53,331 nt of DNA, from the IMG/VR virus record IMGVR_UViG_3300036828_001070, positions 1-53,331 of that record; one strand, 5' to 3'. Position 1 is the stretch's first letter, and every line of letters starts with the position of its first letter. The position numbers and the translations under genes were made by a program. Shown piece after piece: positions 9,630-19,123 of the stretch. The DNA is from a virus. Taxonomy: Duplodnaviria; Caudoviricetes. The notes beneath the pieces are model-generated. The model saw nothing but the letters and a program-made list of their open reading frames with translations, did not search any database and had not been told where the DNA came from.

Positions 9630-10448
9630 TTATCCGTTCCACACCGGCAGCGTCATCAGACCGCGAATAAGCGTGTTCGCAATCGAGGCATCAATACTTG
9701 TCCCAAAGACCGTAGGAGCGAAAGTTGTAGGCGCTGACATGCTGAACAGGCCAGTCGCATTCGGAGTCAGTAGCGATCCGGCGGCGCCGCCGCTAACCAC
9801 ACTTAAGAACGATGCAATTCCGTTCTCCTGTATCCAGCCGAAGTTGCCGGGCGTAATGGAGTTGAGGAAGACGCCGCGACCCTGCGAAAGATTGATTCCA
9901 GCCGTTGCCGCGTCAGTCACGATATAACTGTCTACTGCCATCTGCGCCTGGAAAGTCGCTGCAGTTCCGCCAGCCGAAAGAGTAAAGGTGGGCGCTGAGG
10001 TATAGCCGCTGCCTGACGCCTTCACTGTAGGCTGCGCCGTCACGGTTCCTCCCGTTCCCACAATCACCTCAATGATGGCACCAGAACCATTGCCACCAGT
10101 ACCTACAACCTGATACACCCCCGGCGTCTGTCCACTTCCCGGAGTAAGAATCAGCGCCCCAATCACCGTGGTTCCTGGATTCACAAAGGCTGCTTTGCCC
10201 ACTCCGACGTTGGCCGCAGTTGCAGTGGCTGCCACCTGCACCCGGCGATACCGGCCCTCGAACAACAAACCCAACGTAGGCGAAGAGAGTCCGGCAGCTT
10301 CGAAGTTGGTAAGGTCGATGGCATCGCCCAGCACCAGACCGCCGGCGTAGGTTGGCTGCAATGTCCGGACATTGGCAAACCCGCTGGCCGAAGTGTCGTT
10401 GGCGGTGTTCAGCGGCGTAGGCAAAAAATTGAAGACTTTTACTGGCAT
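9630..10448 (-). CDS. capsid decoration/cement-like protein
   Basis: Start MPVKVFN after GGGAG, directly downstream of the major capsid gene; YRRVQV and PGNFGWIQ motifs. Confidence 0.6.
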   Translation of the reverse strand: MPVKVFNFLPTPLNTANDTSASGFANVRTLQPTYAGGLVLGDAIDLTNFEAAGLSSPTLGLLFEGRYRRVQVAATATAANVGVGKAAFVNPGTTVIGALILTPGSGQTPGVYQVVGTGGNGSGAIIEVIVGTGGTVTAQPTVKASGSGYTSAPTFTLSAGGTAATFQAQMAVDSYIVTDAATAGINLSQGRGVFLNSITPGNFGWIQENGIASFLSVVSGGAAGSLLTPNATGLFSMSAPTTFAPTVFGTSIDASIANTLIRGLMTLPVWNG

Positions 10449-10459
10449 TGCGGTCTCCC

Positions 10460-11698
10460 TTACTTCGAGAATCCAAACGCGAGCGCGCCGTGGCGGGGCA
10501 TTGGGTGATATAGGTTCGTACCCAGCCGGACCATCACGGCATCGAGCGATACATTGTTCGGCATCTGCGTCTTGCGGATACCGAAGTCCCATCCCGGCTT
10601 GTCGGTGGGACGCAGATGAAATTCATTGGCCTGACAGAACAGCAGATACTCACCCGGCTGGATCAACGTGTTCGACGGTATCCCGGATCCGGTGGGCGAC
10701 ATCGGTACCGGAACTCCGTTGTGAGTGAACTGCGGTGAGGTAAACGGAAACAGCTGCGTACTTAGTCCGGCGCCATCCACCAGGGTATTGTTGCCGGCAG
10801 TACCGTTCTTGCCTGCCAGGGGAATATAGTCCTGGGCCTGCGAAGACGGTGCCAGCGGGCTGGCATAAATGTCCACACCATTGAAGTTCAACCCGTCAAA
10901 GCGGATATCGTGCTTGGTGTTGGAGATGTTGCGCCGCTGTGCATCCAGCGCATTGGCAATCGCCACAAATCCGAAGACATTGGTAATGCCCAGATCGGGT
11001 TCGCCTCCGGTCACCTTGCATTGTGCCCACAACTGCATCAGCGCATTGAAGTCAATCTGTCCAGTCCCCCCGGTAGGTGTCCCCAGATACAGCGGGGTAG
11101 AATTCAGCGCTTTGCCCGTAACTCCGTTGCGCGTGGATCCGCCGTAGTAGGTGTAAGTGTTCCCGTAAGGCGACGGGTCAATCCCATTGTTAAAAGCCTC
11201 GTCGACACCATTCGAATTCAGAATGCGATTGTCAGTTACTCCGGCCGTCGGCGCCTGACCATGGCGATAGGAGTCCATCTCCAGCATGGTCTCAATCACC
11301 TCGGTCGAATTTTCCATGATGAGCTGATAGAGATTGATAATGCGGGCTTCCCCGGAGTTGATAACTCCGCCTTGTCCGGTACCATCGTCCAGTTCCCAAT
11401 CGTCAAACGGGAACCAGGCCACATAGGCTTTGGCCTGGAAGTTCATGGCGGAGTTGATGGGGTTGCGCACGATGGTCACGGACTGGCCGGGACGCACCGC
11501 CTGACCCTGAACGCGCCCATACACAAACGTCTCCATCATGGCGGAGCCACCGAGAAATGGATCCAGTGCCCCGGCGGCACGAAGCTTTTGCTGGAAGGCA
11601 GTGCTGACGAAGAAATTATTGAACGTTACGTTCTTCCGCACTGACTCTAAAGTGGATCCGTCTATTTCGTTGTAGAGCGGGTCGAAAGGGGCTGGCAT
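10460..11698 (-). CDS. major capsid protein
   Basis: 412 aa, downstream of scaffold; GEPDLGITN...GLNFNGVDIY and C-terminal GTNLYHPMPRHG resemble HK97-fold podovirus capsids. Confidence 0.8.
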   Translation of the reverse strand: MPAPFDPLYNEIDGSTLESVRKNVTFNNFFVSTAFQQKLRAAGALDPFLGGSAMMETFVYGRVQGQAVRPGQSVTIVRNPINSAMNFQAKAYVAWFPFDDWELDDGTGQGGVINSGEARIINLYQLIMENSTEVIETMLEMDSYRHGQAPTAGVTDNRILNSNGVDEAFNNGIDPSPYGNTYTYYGGSTRNGVTGKALNSTPLYLGTPTGGTGQIDFNALMQLWAQCKVTGGEPDLGITNVFGFVAIANALDAQRRNISNTKHDIRFDGLNFNGVDIYASPLAPSSQAQDYIPLAGKNGTAGNNTLVDGAGLSTQLFPFTSPQFTHNGVPVPMSPTGSGIPSNTLIQPGEYLLFCQANEFHLRPTDKPGWDFGIRKTQMPNNVSLDAVMVRLGTNLYHPMPRHGALAFGFSK

Positions 11699-11713
11699 CA
11701 GTTTCTCCTACCG

Positions 11714-12226
11714 CTATGCAATAGCGACAACCTTCTGTTCCGCTGATACCTGCGCAGCGGCCTTCATACGAAGCTCAGCTTTACCTCTACGAGTCGTAGC
11801 GTGATGACGCGCATAGTATTCGCCAAGAATTTCTTGCAGACGTTCCTGCGTCACACCATCTAGATTCTGCCCACCCATAAACGCCAACGCATCGATGTGT
11901 TCGACTTGGGCACGTCTTCGTGCACTCAAAAACGAATAAACAAGGGCGAGAAAAATCCGTGCACGATCACCGCAGGCATTCCAGGTATGACATCCGTTAG
12001 CAGCGCCCATAAACTGGATGCTGCCGCCAAACCAATCCCGCAACCTGTAAAGAATCTCTGCATCCTTCTGGACAACCTGAACCATAAGGCCACGCTTCGA
12101 TTTACCCGCATTCCTACAAGTTCCTTCGCCCTCGTAGATTCCCGCCGTCCAGGCAATATCAATCGCAGTCGGAATCTTCGTAGCATCGAGCTTCGGATTT
12201 CTAGGACGCATCCATATGGCGCGCAT
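11714..12226 (-). mobile_element. free-standing single-motif LAGLIDADG homing endonuclease
   Basis: IAWTAGIYEGEGT motif followed by VVQKDAEILYRLRDWFGGSI; start MRAIW after GGAAGG. Confidence 0.8.
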
Positions 12227-12239
12227 GTCTCGTCCTTCC

Positions 12240-13052
12240 CTACTGAACTGTCTTGGTCGCAAGATCCTCTCGAATCGCTGCGGCAGTTGCGGCGTGACGC
12301 TGTTCACGAGTCAACTTCAGCGGATCTTCCCGCTTACCCTCGGTCACCGCCTTCTTAATCTCGGTAAACTGTGAAGTCTGCGCCATGCGCACATTGGGAT
12401 TCGATCCGGTACGCTCCGCCCAATACTTGTCGCGCTCCTCCACCGCTTCCTTGCGGATAGTCTCGCGCTCCCGGTCCTTGACTTCCTTGTCGAGGGCGGC
12501 CTGACGGCCGGCGAAGTCGTACTTTTTGGCGACATAATCCACCAGCGGCATCCGCTGCGCATCCGCTTCGGCTGAAAGCGCAGTAGGCGAATCCGGCATC
12601 TCCTTGCCACCATGCAGCGAGCGATACTTCCACTGCAGATCGGCCAACACCCCGAAGGCGCTGCCCAGCTTGCGTTCGAACTCCTGCAGATTGGGGCTGC
12701 CGGGAACCGGATTGGCATTGGCCACAAAGCGGCCGGCATCATCCCGCTGCGGCCCCCCCTGGAAGGGCGGAGCCTCCAGCAGAAATCCGCCAGTCTTTGC
12801 CTTCTCGGCCAACGTCTTCCAGTAGTCACGCTCCGCGGAGAGAGTCGCTTCCTTTTGTCCCCAGGCGTTGAGTGCCGGAGTAATCTCGTTTTCGAACATC
12901 TGGGTGGCTGCACGCTGCGCCAGTTCGGCTTGTTGCCGCTCCTGCTCCGCTGTCGTCAGCACCGTAGTAAAACCTGCGATGGCCTTGGCATCGAGAGCGG
13001 TAATCTGCTCATCCGTCATTCCCGCCTGTTTCAAAGCTTCGGCTACGGTCAT
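12240..13052 (-). CDS. capsid scaffolding protein
   Basis: Helical and charged, RDDAGRF motif, between portal and capsid genes. Confidence 0.65.
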   Translation of the reverse strand: MTVAEALKQAGMTDEQITALDAKAIAGFTTVLTTAEQERQQAELAQRAATQMFENEITPALNAWGQKEATLSAERDYWKTLAEKAKTGGFLLEAPPFQGGPQRDDAGRFVANANPVPGSPNLQEFERKLGSAFGVLADLQWKYRSLHGGKEMPDSPTALSAEADAQRMPLVDYVAKKYDFAGRQAALDKEVKDRERETIRKEAVEERDKYWAERTGSNPNVRMAQTSQFTEIKKAVTEGKREDPLKLTREQRHAATAAAIREDLATKTVQ

Positions 13053-13067
13053 CGCATGATCTCCCTA

Positions 13068-13373
13068 TCAGTAAGGCGGACTCTGCTGCGGAGTCTGCTG
13101 CTGCGGTTGCGAGACAATGGCACTCATCGCCTCGTTGACGCCTTGTTTGGCCTTGGCCAGGCCAGCGGAGGCGGCAGGAACCTGTTGCGCTAATTGGTCG
13201 AGAGCCTGAGAGAACCTTGCCAGTAACATCAGCTCCGGAGGTGCCGGAGCCTGCGAAGGCGCACCCTGATCGGGAGTAGTTGGCGGAGTTGGCTGGGGAG
13301 TCTGGTCGGGAGGAGGAGCCGGAGCGGGAGTCGGCGTCGGCTGATTTGGATCCGGAGTCGGTGTTGTTGCCAT
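13068..13373 (-). CDS. Pro/Gln-rich head-assembly-associated protein
   Basis: GAGG RBS; low complexity with a short helical core. Confidence 0.6.
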   Translation of the reverse strand: MATTPTPDPNQPTPTPAPAPPPDQTPQPTPPTTPDQGAPSQAPAPPELMLLARFSQALDQLAQQVPAASAGLAKAKQGVNEAMSAIVSQPQQQTPQQSPPY

Positions 13374-13445
13374 CGCTTTGCCTCGCGATCAGATTGCCGA
13401 ACAAATGACAACTGGCGGAGACCGTTATGGCCTCCGCCAGAGTGA

Positions 13446-13568
13446 TTACCGCTTGCGCACCGACAGCCGTACCGACTTGCGGCGGCCCCGGCGACCGCGC
13501 CGGCGCATGTGGGATGGGCGGGTGCCGCCCACTACCTTGGTGACTCGTGCACTTGTACGTCTTGCCAT
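13446..13568 (-). CDS. protamine-like Arg-rich peptide (40 aa)
   Basis: MARRTSARVTKVVGGTRPSHMRRRGRRGRRKSVRLSVRKR with strong AGGAGG RBS. Confidence 0.65.
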   Translation of the reverse strand: MARRTSARVTKVVGGTRPSHMRRRGRRGRRKSVRLSVRKR

Positions 13569-13585
13569 AACCCCTCCTTGGACCC

Positions 13586-13625
13586 AAAATGGAAAAGCCC
13601 CAAAAGGCTTTTCGCCTTTTGAGGC
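13586..13625 (-). terminator. terminator/attenuator hairpin in late-operon leader
   Basis: GCCTCAAAAGGC-GAAAA-GCCTTTTGGGGC followed by TTTTCCATTTT on the minus strand. Confidence 0.55.
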
Positions 13626-13688
13626 AGTCACAAATCGCTAAGAAGCGGGTGGCTGAAATCTCAAGACATAAACCGCATGTCGTAAATA

Positions 13689-13722
13689 AATGAATCACAA
13701 CGGTTGTAGGCTGTCAACTACA
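13689..13722 (-). promoter_or_regulatory. putative late promoter (TTGACA-17-TTCATT) overlapped by operator TGTAG-gctgtcaa-CTACA (13705-13722)
   Basis: Perfect -35 lies inside the palindrome; -10 is weak. Confidence 0.6.
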
Positions 13723-13727
13723 GACTT

Positions 13728-14012
13728 TCAATCTTCGCCGTCTACCTCGCCATTAACTTCCACTTCAACCTCGTAATCCATGCCCAGGATGCGGCGAATC
13801 TCGTTAGCTTCGGCATCGGTAGCCTTTCTGCGCTCAACCACAATGGCACCGCGCAGGCCGCCACCATTCAGAGTGTAAGTAATGTGGCCTTTGGTTTTGA
13901 ACTGACGCACAAAAGCTTCAATCTCCACCAAAGTAGCCTTCGGATTCAGCCGGTTTTCTGTTACAAAATAGTCGGTCGTGCTCAGAATCATGTCCTCTTC
14001 CGGAATCGGCAT
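13728..14012 (-). CDS. hypothetical protein
   Basis: GAGGAGG RBS, 94 aa. Confidence 0.65.
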   Translation of the reverse strand: MPIPEEDMILSTTDYFVTENRLNPKATLVEIEAFVRQFKTKGHITYTLNGGGLRGAIVVERRKATDAEANEIRRILGMDYEVEVEVNGEVDGED

Positions 14013-14046
14013 CGATATTAATCCTCCTCATCTTCATCGCAATTGT

Positions 14047-14211
14047 TCATCGCAGACGCACTCCGCCAAACACGTAAACCAACACCAGAATAAGCAGGAT
14101 CAGTCCCAAGATGCCGATGCCACCGCTTGGCCCCCATCTCTGATATCCGTAATAGCCGCCTCCGCCACCGAACAGCAACAGCAGAATAATAATCAGCAGG
14201 ATCAGTGACAT
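14047..14211 (-). CDS. DUF3309-like two-TM small membrane protein (54 aa)
   Basis: Hand translation MSLILLIIILLLLFGGGGGYYGYQRWGPSGGIGILGLILLILVLVYVFGGVRLR; below the ORF-track cutoff. Confidence 0.75.
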   Translation of the reverse strand: MSLILLIIILLLLFGGGGGYYGYQRWGPSGGIGILGLILLILVLVYVFGGVRLR

Positions 14212-14219
14212 CTCTCACC

Positions 14220-16280
14220 TCATCTCGACTCCACCACCGTGGTTCTGCCATCACCCTTCTGCCTTAGCCTGGGCGGAGTAGCTCCGGTGGGTGGCCGCCC
14301 CGGCCCCGGATGTTTGCCACCACTCGAACCCTTATGCTTACCCGCCGGCTGCTGGGGCTGACCCAAGCCCAGCTGCTGCGCTGCCATCGCCGCCATGGCC
14401 TGCATCTTCAGATCTTCCATCTTCTCGTTGAACCAGCGTTCGCGCAGCGTTGTTCCCGGTACCTCGCCATAGTTGTCGATATCCATCTTCTTGGCTACAT
14501 CGGCAAAGGCAATCGGAGCCTGGCCGCGCCACAGCTGCAACCACTTCAGCTGCTCCTGCATTTGGGTAATACGCAGCATGGTGCTGGGCACCGAGATCAG
14601 GCGAATGTTCTTGGCAAACCTCCGCGCCCGATCCAACTGCGAGTAATAGGACGGACTCTGGGGAATCTGTCCCGCAACATACTCATCTTCCATGTGGCTG
14701 GGGATGAGCGAGTGAGGATCGAAGTCAAAGACCTCCGGCACCACATTGCCCGGTCCCAGAATGGAGACCACCCGCCGGGTGTCATACCACTGCGGCACCA
14801 GAAACTTCAGTAAATAAGCAATTTTGGCGTTGGCGCGCTCGATGTTGCTGGCAATTCCCTGCCCCACCGGCCCGATGCTCTCCAGAATCTTGTCCGCCTG
14901 CTCCGAAGCCAGATTCATCTTCAGACTGGTCAGATTGCCTACATCCTCCAGACCCAGCTGCTTGCCGCGCTTGGCACTGAGATATTCCAGCCACTTGAAA
15001 TGGGTGCCATCCACCCTGACCGATTCGGGCAGCAGCGAATGCAGCACATCTGAAGGTTTGCCGTCCATGCCCGCGCGCACATCCTCTTCAAAGAGATCGA
15101 AATTCTCGATCTTCGGCCCACCGGTAGCGGTGCGGTCGTAGCCCATAGGAGGATTCAGGCTGGTAGTGATTACCTGGTCCATCTTGCGTTCGGTCTTGCG
15201 GATCGTCATCTCAATCGAACCCACATCGCCCACCAGAGAACGCCCGATACCCTCCCACGGCCAGTCATCCACGTCATACTGCACAATAGGAATCTCGCCA
15301 TGCCAGTCGAACGCCGGCCCGTCATACATGGGCTTCGACATCCCTTTGTTGCTGATGATGAGGCGTAGATAGGGATAGATCAGACAGTCCTGCGGGGTGG
15401 CCTTGCGAATAAATGGCTGGGTGTTACGAATCCCGCCAAAGATGTCCTGACCCACCGTAGGCACGGTATAGAACCAGCTGGTTCCCGGCTCCCCCATGGG
15501 CAGTTCCTTGCCATAGTTGTTGACCGAGATATCCCGAATGAAGGTGTAACGAATCTCCACATACAGGCTGCCGAAGTTACGCTGCTCCTGGCCGTAGCGG
15601 AAGCGCTCGGCATAGTCCACCCGCCGCCCCGCCATGCGGCTGCCAAAGTTCATCCGCTCCACCGGCTGCAGATCCGCCTGAAACACCGGGAAGCGCCCAT
15701 GCGCCTCCGCAATGGGCATGTACTCGTACACCGTAACCGCGTAGGCGTCTTGCACATCGTTGGTCTTGGGCACCTGCACCGGGACAACATCCAGCAGGCC
15801 CAGATCCTCAAAGACGATCTCGCGTTCGCCAAAACCGTAGTTCCGTGTTTTGCACTTCGGCCAGTTATAGCCTCGTCCCATCACGCCGGCATACTGGATG
15901 GTCTTGCGCAGCTGAATGGGAAAATGCGATTCCAGGTAAACGCTTCTGACCAGCTTGTTCTGCATCTCGGCAAAGGCTTTGTACTGCGGCGCATCGGAGC
16001 CGTAAGTCCCGATCTCGCGCATGTCCGAAAGCGTCTCCACAAACTTGCGGATGTCGTACTTCAGTTCATTGGTAATCAGGGTGGACTTGGTTTTGTCGTT
16101 AAAGATGGCATCGAAGATGCGCAGATTCTGACTCAGGTTCTTATAGGATTTCTGTCCTCCCAGCCAGCCTTCCCCCTCTTCAATCTGTTCTTCCACCCAG
16201 GCCATGCGATCTTCCGGAGACGCAGTAAACGCCGGTGCTTGCCAACTGCTGGTCTTCCCAAACCGTGAACTAATGGCCAT
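14220..16280 (-). CDS. portal protein
   Basis: ~686 aa downstream of terminase; NELKYDI and helical P22-like portal pattern with a Q/P/basic tail. Confidence 0.8.
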   Translation of the reverse strand: MAISSRFGKTSSWQAPAFTASPEDRMAWVEEQIEEGEGWLGGQKSYKNLSQNLRIFDAIFNDKTKSTLITNELKYDIRKFVETLSDMREIGTYGSDAPQYKAFAEMQNKLVRSVYLESHFPIQLRKTIQYAGVMGRGYNWPKCKTRNYGFGEREIVFEDLGLLDVVPVQVPKTNDVQDAYAVTVYEYMPIAEAHGRFPVFQADLQPVERMNFGSRMAGRRVDYAERFRYGQEQRNFGSLYVEIRYTFIRDISVNNYGKELPMGEPGTSWFYTVPTVGQDIFGGIRNTQPFIRKATPQDCLIYPYLRLIISNKGMSKPMYDGPAFDWHGEIPIVQYDVDDWPWEGIGRSLVGDVGSIEMTIRKTERKMDQVITTSLNPPMGYDRTATGGPKIENFDLFEEDVRAGMDGKPSDVLHSLLPESVRVDGTHFKWLEYLSAKRGKQLGLEDVGNLTSLKMNLASEQADKILESIGPVGQGIASNIERANAKIAYLLKFLVPQWYDTRRVVSILGPGNVVPEVFDFDPHSLIPSHMEDEYVAGQIPQSPSYYSQLDRARRFAKNIRLISVPSTMLRITQMQEQLKWLQLWRGQAPIAFADVAKKMDIDNYGEVPGTTLRERWFNEKMEDLKMQAMAAMAAQQLGLGQPQQPAGKHKGSSGGKHPGPGRPPTGATPPRLRQKGDGRTTVVESR

Positions 16281-16692
16281 GCTCGTAACCCTCCACATGC
16301 AGCCAACTCTCGCGAATGGTCTTGCCCCTGGCTTCGGCCGCGTCCAGTTGCGCTAAAGCGTGTTCCAGCATCCGGCGGTTGATGCCGTTGCGCGCCTTAT
16401 GAATCTTGTCGCGCAACTCGCGGCGCAGATCGGCACGCATCGGACCTTCAAACAGTTCCCTCTGGTAGTCATTCATCTCCGCAATACGCTTGTCCTGCGC
16501 ATCCAGACGCACACTCCACGCCTCTGCCTCGTAGGTATGGCTGCAGGTGATGCGCTCGTAGCCCAGCGGCATCATGCAGTCATACTCCGGCCCTGCACCC
16601 TGCAAAATATGATCAGTGCGGGGATTGTGCCAAAAGTAGATCTTGGTCTCTATCCGGGCATGTCGCGGTCGGATTCGAATGACTTCGCCCAT
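16270..16692 (-). CDS. hypothetical protein between terminase and portal
   Basis: Contiguous ORF overlapping the portal start. Confidence 0.65.
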   Translation of the reverse strand: MGEVIRIRPRHARIETKIYFWHNPRTDHILQGAGPEYDCMMPLGYERITCSHTYEAEAWSVRLDAQDKRIAEMNDYQRELFEGPMRADLRRELRDKIHKARNGINRRMLEHALAQLDAAEARGKTIRESWLHVEGYEHGH

Positions 16693-16719
16693 GGCCTTTG
16701 TCGTCAATAGCCTACCACT

Positions 16720-18900
16720 TCAGCGCAAGTTGGAATCGGAAATTGCCCAGTCATCCACCGCTAACTGGCAGGTAGGAGTGTGGCTGTAGTCCACCGCCGG
16801 CAGCTTTCCTGTCGGCAGCGCATAACGCTTGGTAGAACGGTCTGCCATCACATCGAAGGCATGGCGAGTGAGGTAACTCTGCGCCGCCGCAATAATGCGG
16901 TCATCCTTCTGCCCGGCACGATGATCCATTCTGGTCTTACCGCTAAGCAGAGTACGCCGTTCCCAGTCTCTGCACTCCGCGATCAGCCATTTGGAGTTGG
17001 CTTTGTACCAGCCGTTGGTGATGGCATCCACAAACCGTCCGGTCAGAATCGGCCGAGTCACCGTATTGGTGCGGAAGCCTTCAATATGGCCAACGTTCTC
17101 GCGGATCTTTCTGGCGTCGTAGCCGGGCTGGTGAATGTGATGGTAGCTGAAGCCCATCAGCTTCAACTGCAGCTGGCAATCATCTCCGGACCGCTCTCTC
17201 TGCTCGATGCAGAACTTGACTCCACGCGGATCCCTGGTCCAGATCCGGTCACCCTCTTCGCCCTGCGAGTACCACGCTGCCAGACACGCAGCAAAACCCA
17301 CCATCTGCGGCGAATTCACCCGGTTGTGAACAAACTCGCATACCTGCTCATCACAGCCCTCTCCGGTAACGCTGTGCGCAATCGAGAGTACGCTGCGGTC
17401 CTCGTCCTCGTTGCCCAGACCGTCAGCGGTATCGATGCCAAAGCTGTAATCGCAGTCCGGCTTTGGCTCATACCACACCCGGATCCGGCCCAGCGTAGCC
17501 TTCTCATCGTCATCGTCACAAGGTCTGAGCGGCACCATGATCCATTCGTACTTCTGCCCGCGATGCGACTGCCAAGTAATATGTTTGCGTGGCGGTGCCG
17601 TACTGCTGTAGTCGATCAACAGCTCGTCCGGCTCCAGGCCATCGTCAATGGAATCGCCCTTAATCCCCCAGTCCTGATACTCACGTTTCCGCCCCATCTC
17701 CGCCTGCACGATAATGGCATCCTCAAAGACCGGATCATTCTTGCCCTGCAGGGCCTCAAAGTCGTCCGCCGGCATGTGCGACAGCCACACTCTCTGGGTA
17801 TGGGTCTTTACCGCTTCGTCGTAGTTGAACTCCCAGTACCACTGTTGTTCCCGCGACATCTCCCAATGCCTACCCATCACCCTGGCCAGATAGTCGGTAT
17901 GGCGGATATACAATTCGCAGCGCTGCACATGCTTGCGGGTGAAGGCGTGCGGCGTCCAGCCAGCAGGAATGGGAAACTTGCGGATCCAGTCCGGCTCCGG
18001 ATACTGGTCGGGAGCGCAGGGCCAGGAAAGGAAGATAGGACACAGGCGGGAACGTCCCAGCGGCCAGCCTTCCTTGCAGGCTCTCCACTTGTCGGCCTGC
18101 CATCCGGTATTGCCGTTGCCGGTGCCTTCATAGACGGCAAACAGCTTGCGCGTAGGATGAGTCGCCTTGAACAGACCCTCTTCCAGCACCTTCTTAGGAT
18201 TGGGTATGTCCCCAATCTCGGAGATATGCACCAGGGTCGGGGTCCAGCCCTGGGCGATGCCGGTAGCCTGCGATCCTGACTGCACCGCCAGAATCGAGCC
18301 ATTATCGAACTCGGTCAGACGAATGCGGTTGGTAGTCACCCGCGGCACCAGCCACCAGGGCAGATAGTTCAGGCAAACTTCGATCATCCGCCCCAGCAGC
18401 TCCGACTTATCAGCATTGATGGAAGCCATGACCGCCTGAGTATTGGCGAGAAAGAGCAGGCGATGCAGAAACTTCAATGCCACCTTGGTCGACACCCCCA
18501 GCTGTCGCGCCTTCAAGATCAACAACTCGATAGCCACCTCTTCCAGATCAAACTGGGCAATGATGGAATCGAAGACCTCCTGCGACTTGCGATTCGAGAA
18601 TTTGTAAATGTTGGAGGCATTGTCGGTGATGTAGGCGTAGCGCGTCTCCCAGTAGTCGGCATCGATGGTACACAACGCCTGCTCATTCTCGATCCAGCGT
18701 TGTACCCAGTTAAAACGCTTGTCCGACAATTTTGTAGTCAGTTCGATATAGGTATTGCGCGAGTTGGCATCGCGTTTGGTGATGGAATCGATATACGCCT
18801 TGAACTCTTCTACCTCAGCCAGGGAATGGTAACTGAGCGACCACCCGTTCTTACGCTCAAACTCAGCCAGCTTACCCAGAATGACGCTTGGCGCATACAT
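16720..18900 (-). CDS. terL: terminase large subunit
   Basis: Walker A LKARQLGVST, Walker B-like VHISE, coupling motif EGTGNG, nuclease GIDTADG and KDDRIIAAA. Confidence 0.92.
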   Translation of the reverse strand: MYAPSVILGKLAEFERKNGWSLSYHSLAEVEEFKAYIDSITKRDANSRNTYIELTTKLSDKRFNWVQRWIENEQALCTIDADYWETRYAYITDNASNIYKFSNRKSQEVFDSIIAQFDLEEVAIELLILKARQLGVSTKVALKFLHRLLFLANTQAVMASINADKSELLGRMIEVCLNYLPWWLVPRVTTNRIRLTEFDNGSILAVQSGSQATGIAQGWTPTLVHISEIGDIPNPKKVLEEGLFKATHPTRKLFAVYEGTGNGNTGWQADKWRACKEGWPLGRSRLCPIFLSWPCAPDQYPEPDWIRKFPIPAGWTPHAFTRKHVQRCELYIRHTDYLARVMGRHWEMSREQQWYWEFNYDEAVKTHTQRVWLSHMPADDFEALQGKNDPVFEDAIIVQAEMGRKREYQDWGIKGDSIDDGLEPDELLIDYSSTAPPRKHITWQSHRGQKYEWIMVPLRPCDDDDEKATLGRIRVWYEPKPDCDYSFGIDTADGLGNEDEDRSVLSIAHSVTGEGCDEQVCEFVHNRVNSPQMVGFAACLAAWYSQGEEGDRIWTRDPRGVKFCIEQRERSGDDCQLQLKLMGFSYHHIHQPGYDARKIRENVGHIEGFRTNTVTRPILTGRFVDAITNGWYKANSKWLIAECRDWERRTLLSGKTRMDHRAGQKDDRIIAAAQSYLTRHAFDVMADRSTKRYALPTGKLPAVDYSHTPTCQLAVDDWAISDSNLR

Positions 18901-18992
18901 ACAGGTCAGTGTAGGCCATAGCCGCAATCGATGTTAAACTGGCTGCGGCCCACCAGGCCATCCGGGAGTAATTCGAGCTTGCTCCCAAACAG

Positions 18993-19022
18993 AAAAGCCC
19001 CTCCGGGGCGAGAGGGGCTTTT
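18993..19022. terminator. bidirectional rho-independent terminator
   Basis: AAAAGCCCCT-N10-AGGGGCTTTT. Confidence 0.7.
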
Positions 19023-19123
19023 CCTGTTTAACGGAAGAGTTTATGCCTGTTCTTCCGAATTACCATACCGATAACAAAACCTACAACGAGAACAACCGCG
19101 AGCAGCATGAAGATGATGCTAAC

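Noticed and set aside
11699-12240. Group I intron or intein around the LAGLIDADG ORF
   Set aside because: Flanking genes are complete with their own starts and stops; spacers are too short for an intron core
13582-13590. Late-leader AUUUUGGGU complementary to the early ACCCAAAAU repeats
   Set aside because: A 9-nt low-complexity match with no structural support; plausibly chance
16780-18279. Long plus-strand ORFs (499 aa here; also 35555-36832, 39612-40592 and others)
   Set aside because: Antisense shadows of clear GC-rich genes, with no motifs or RBS
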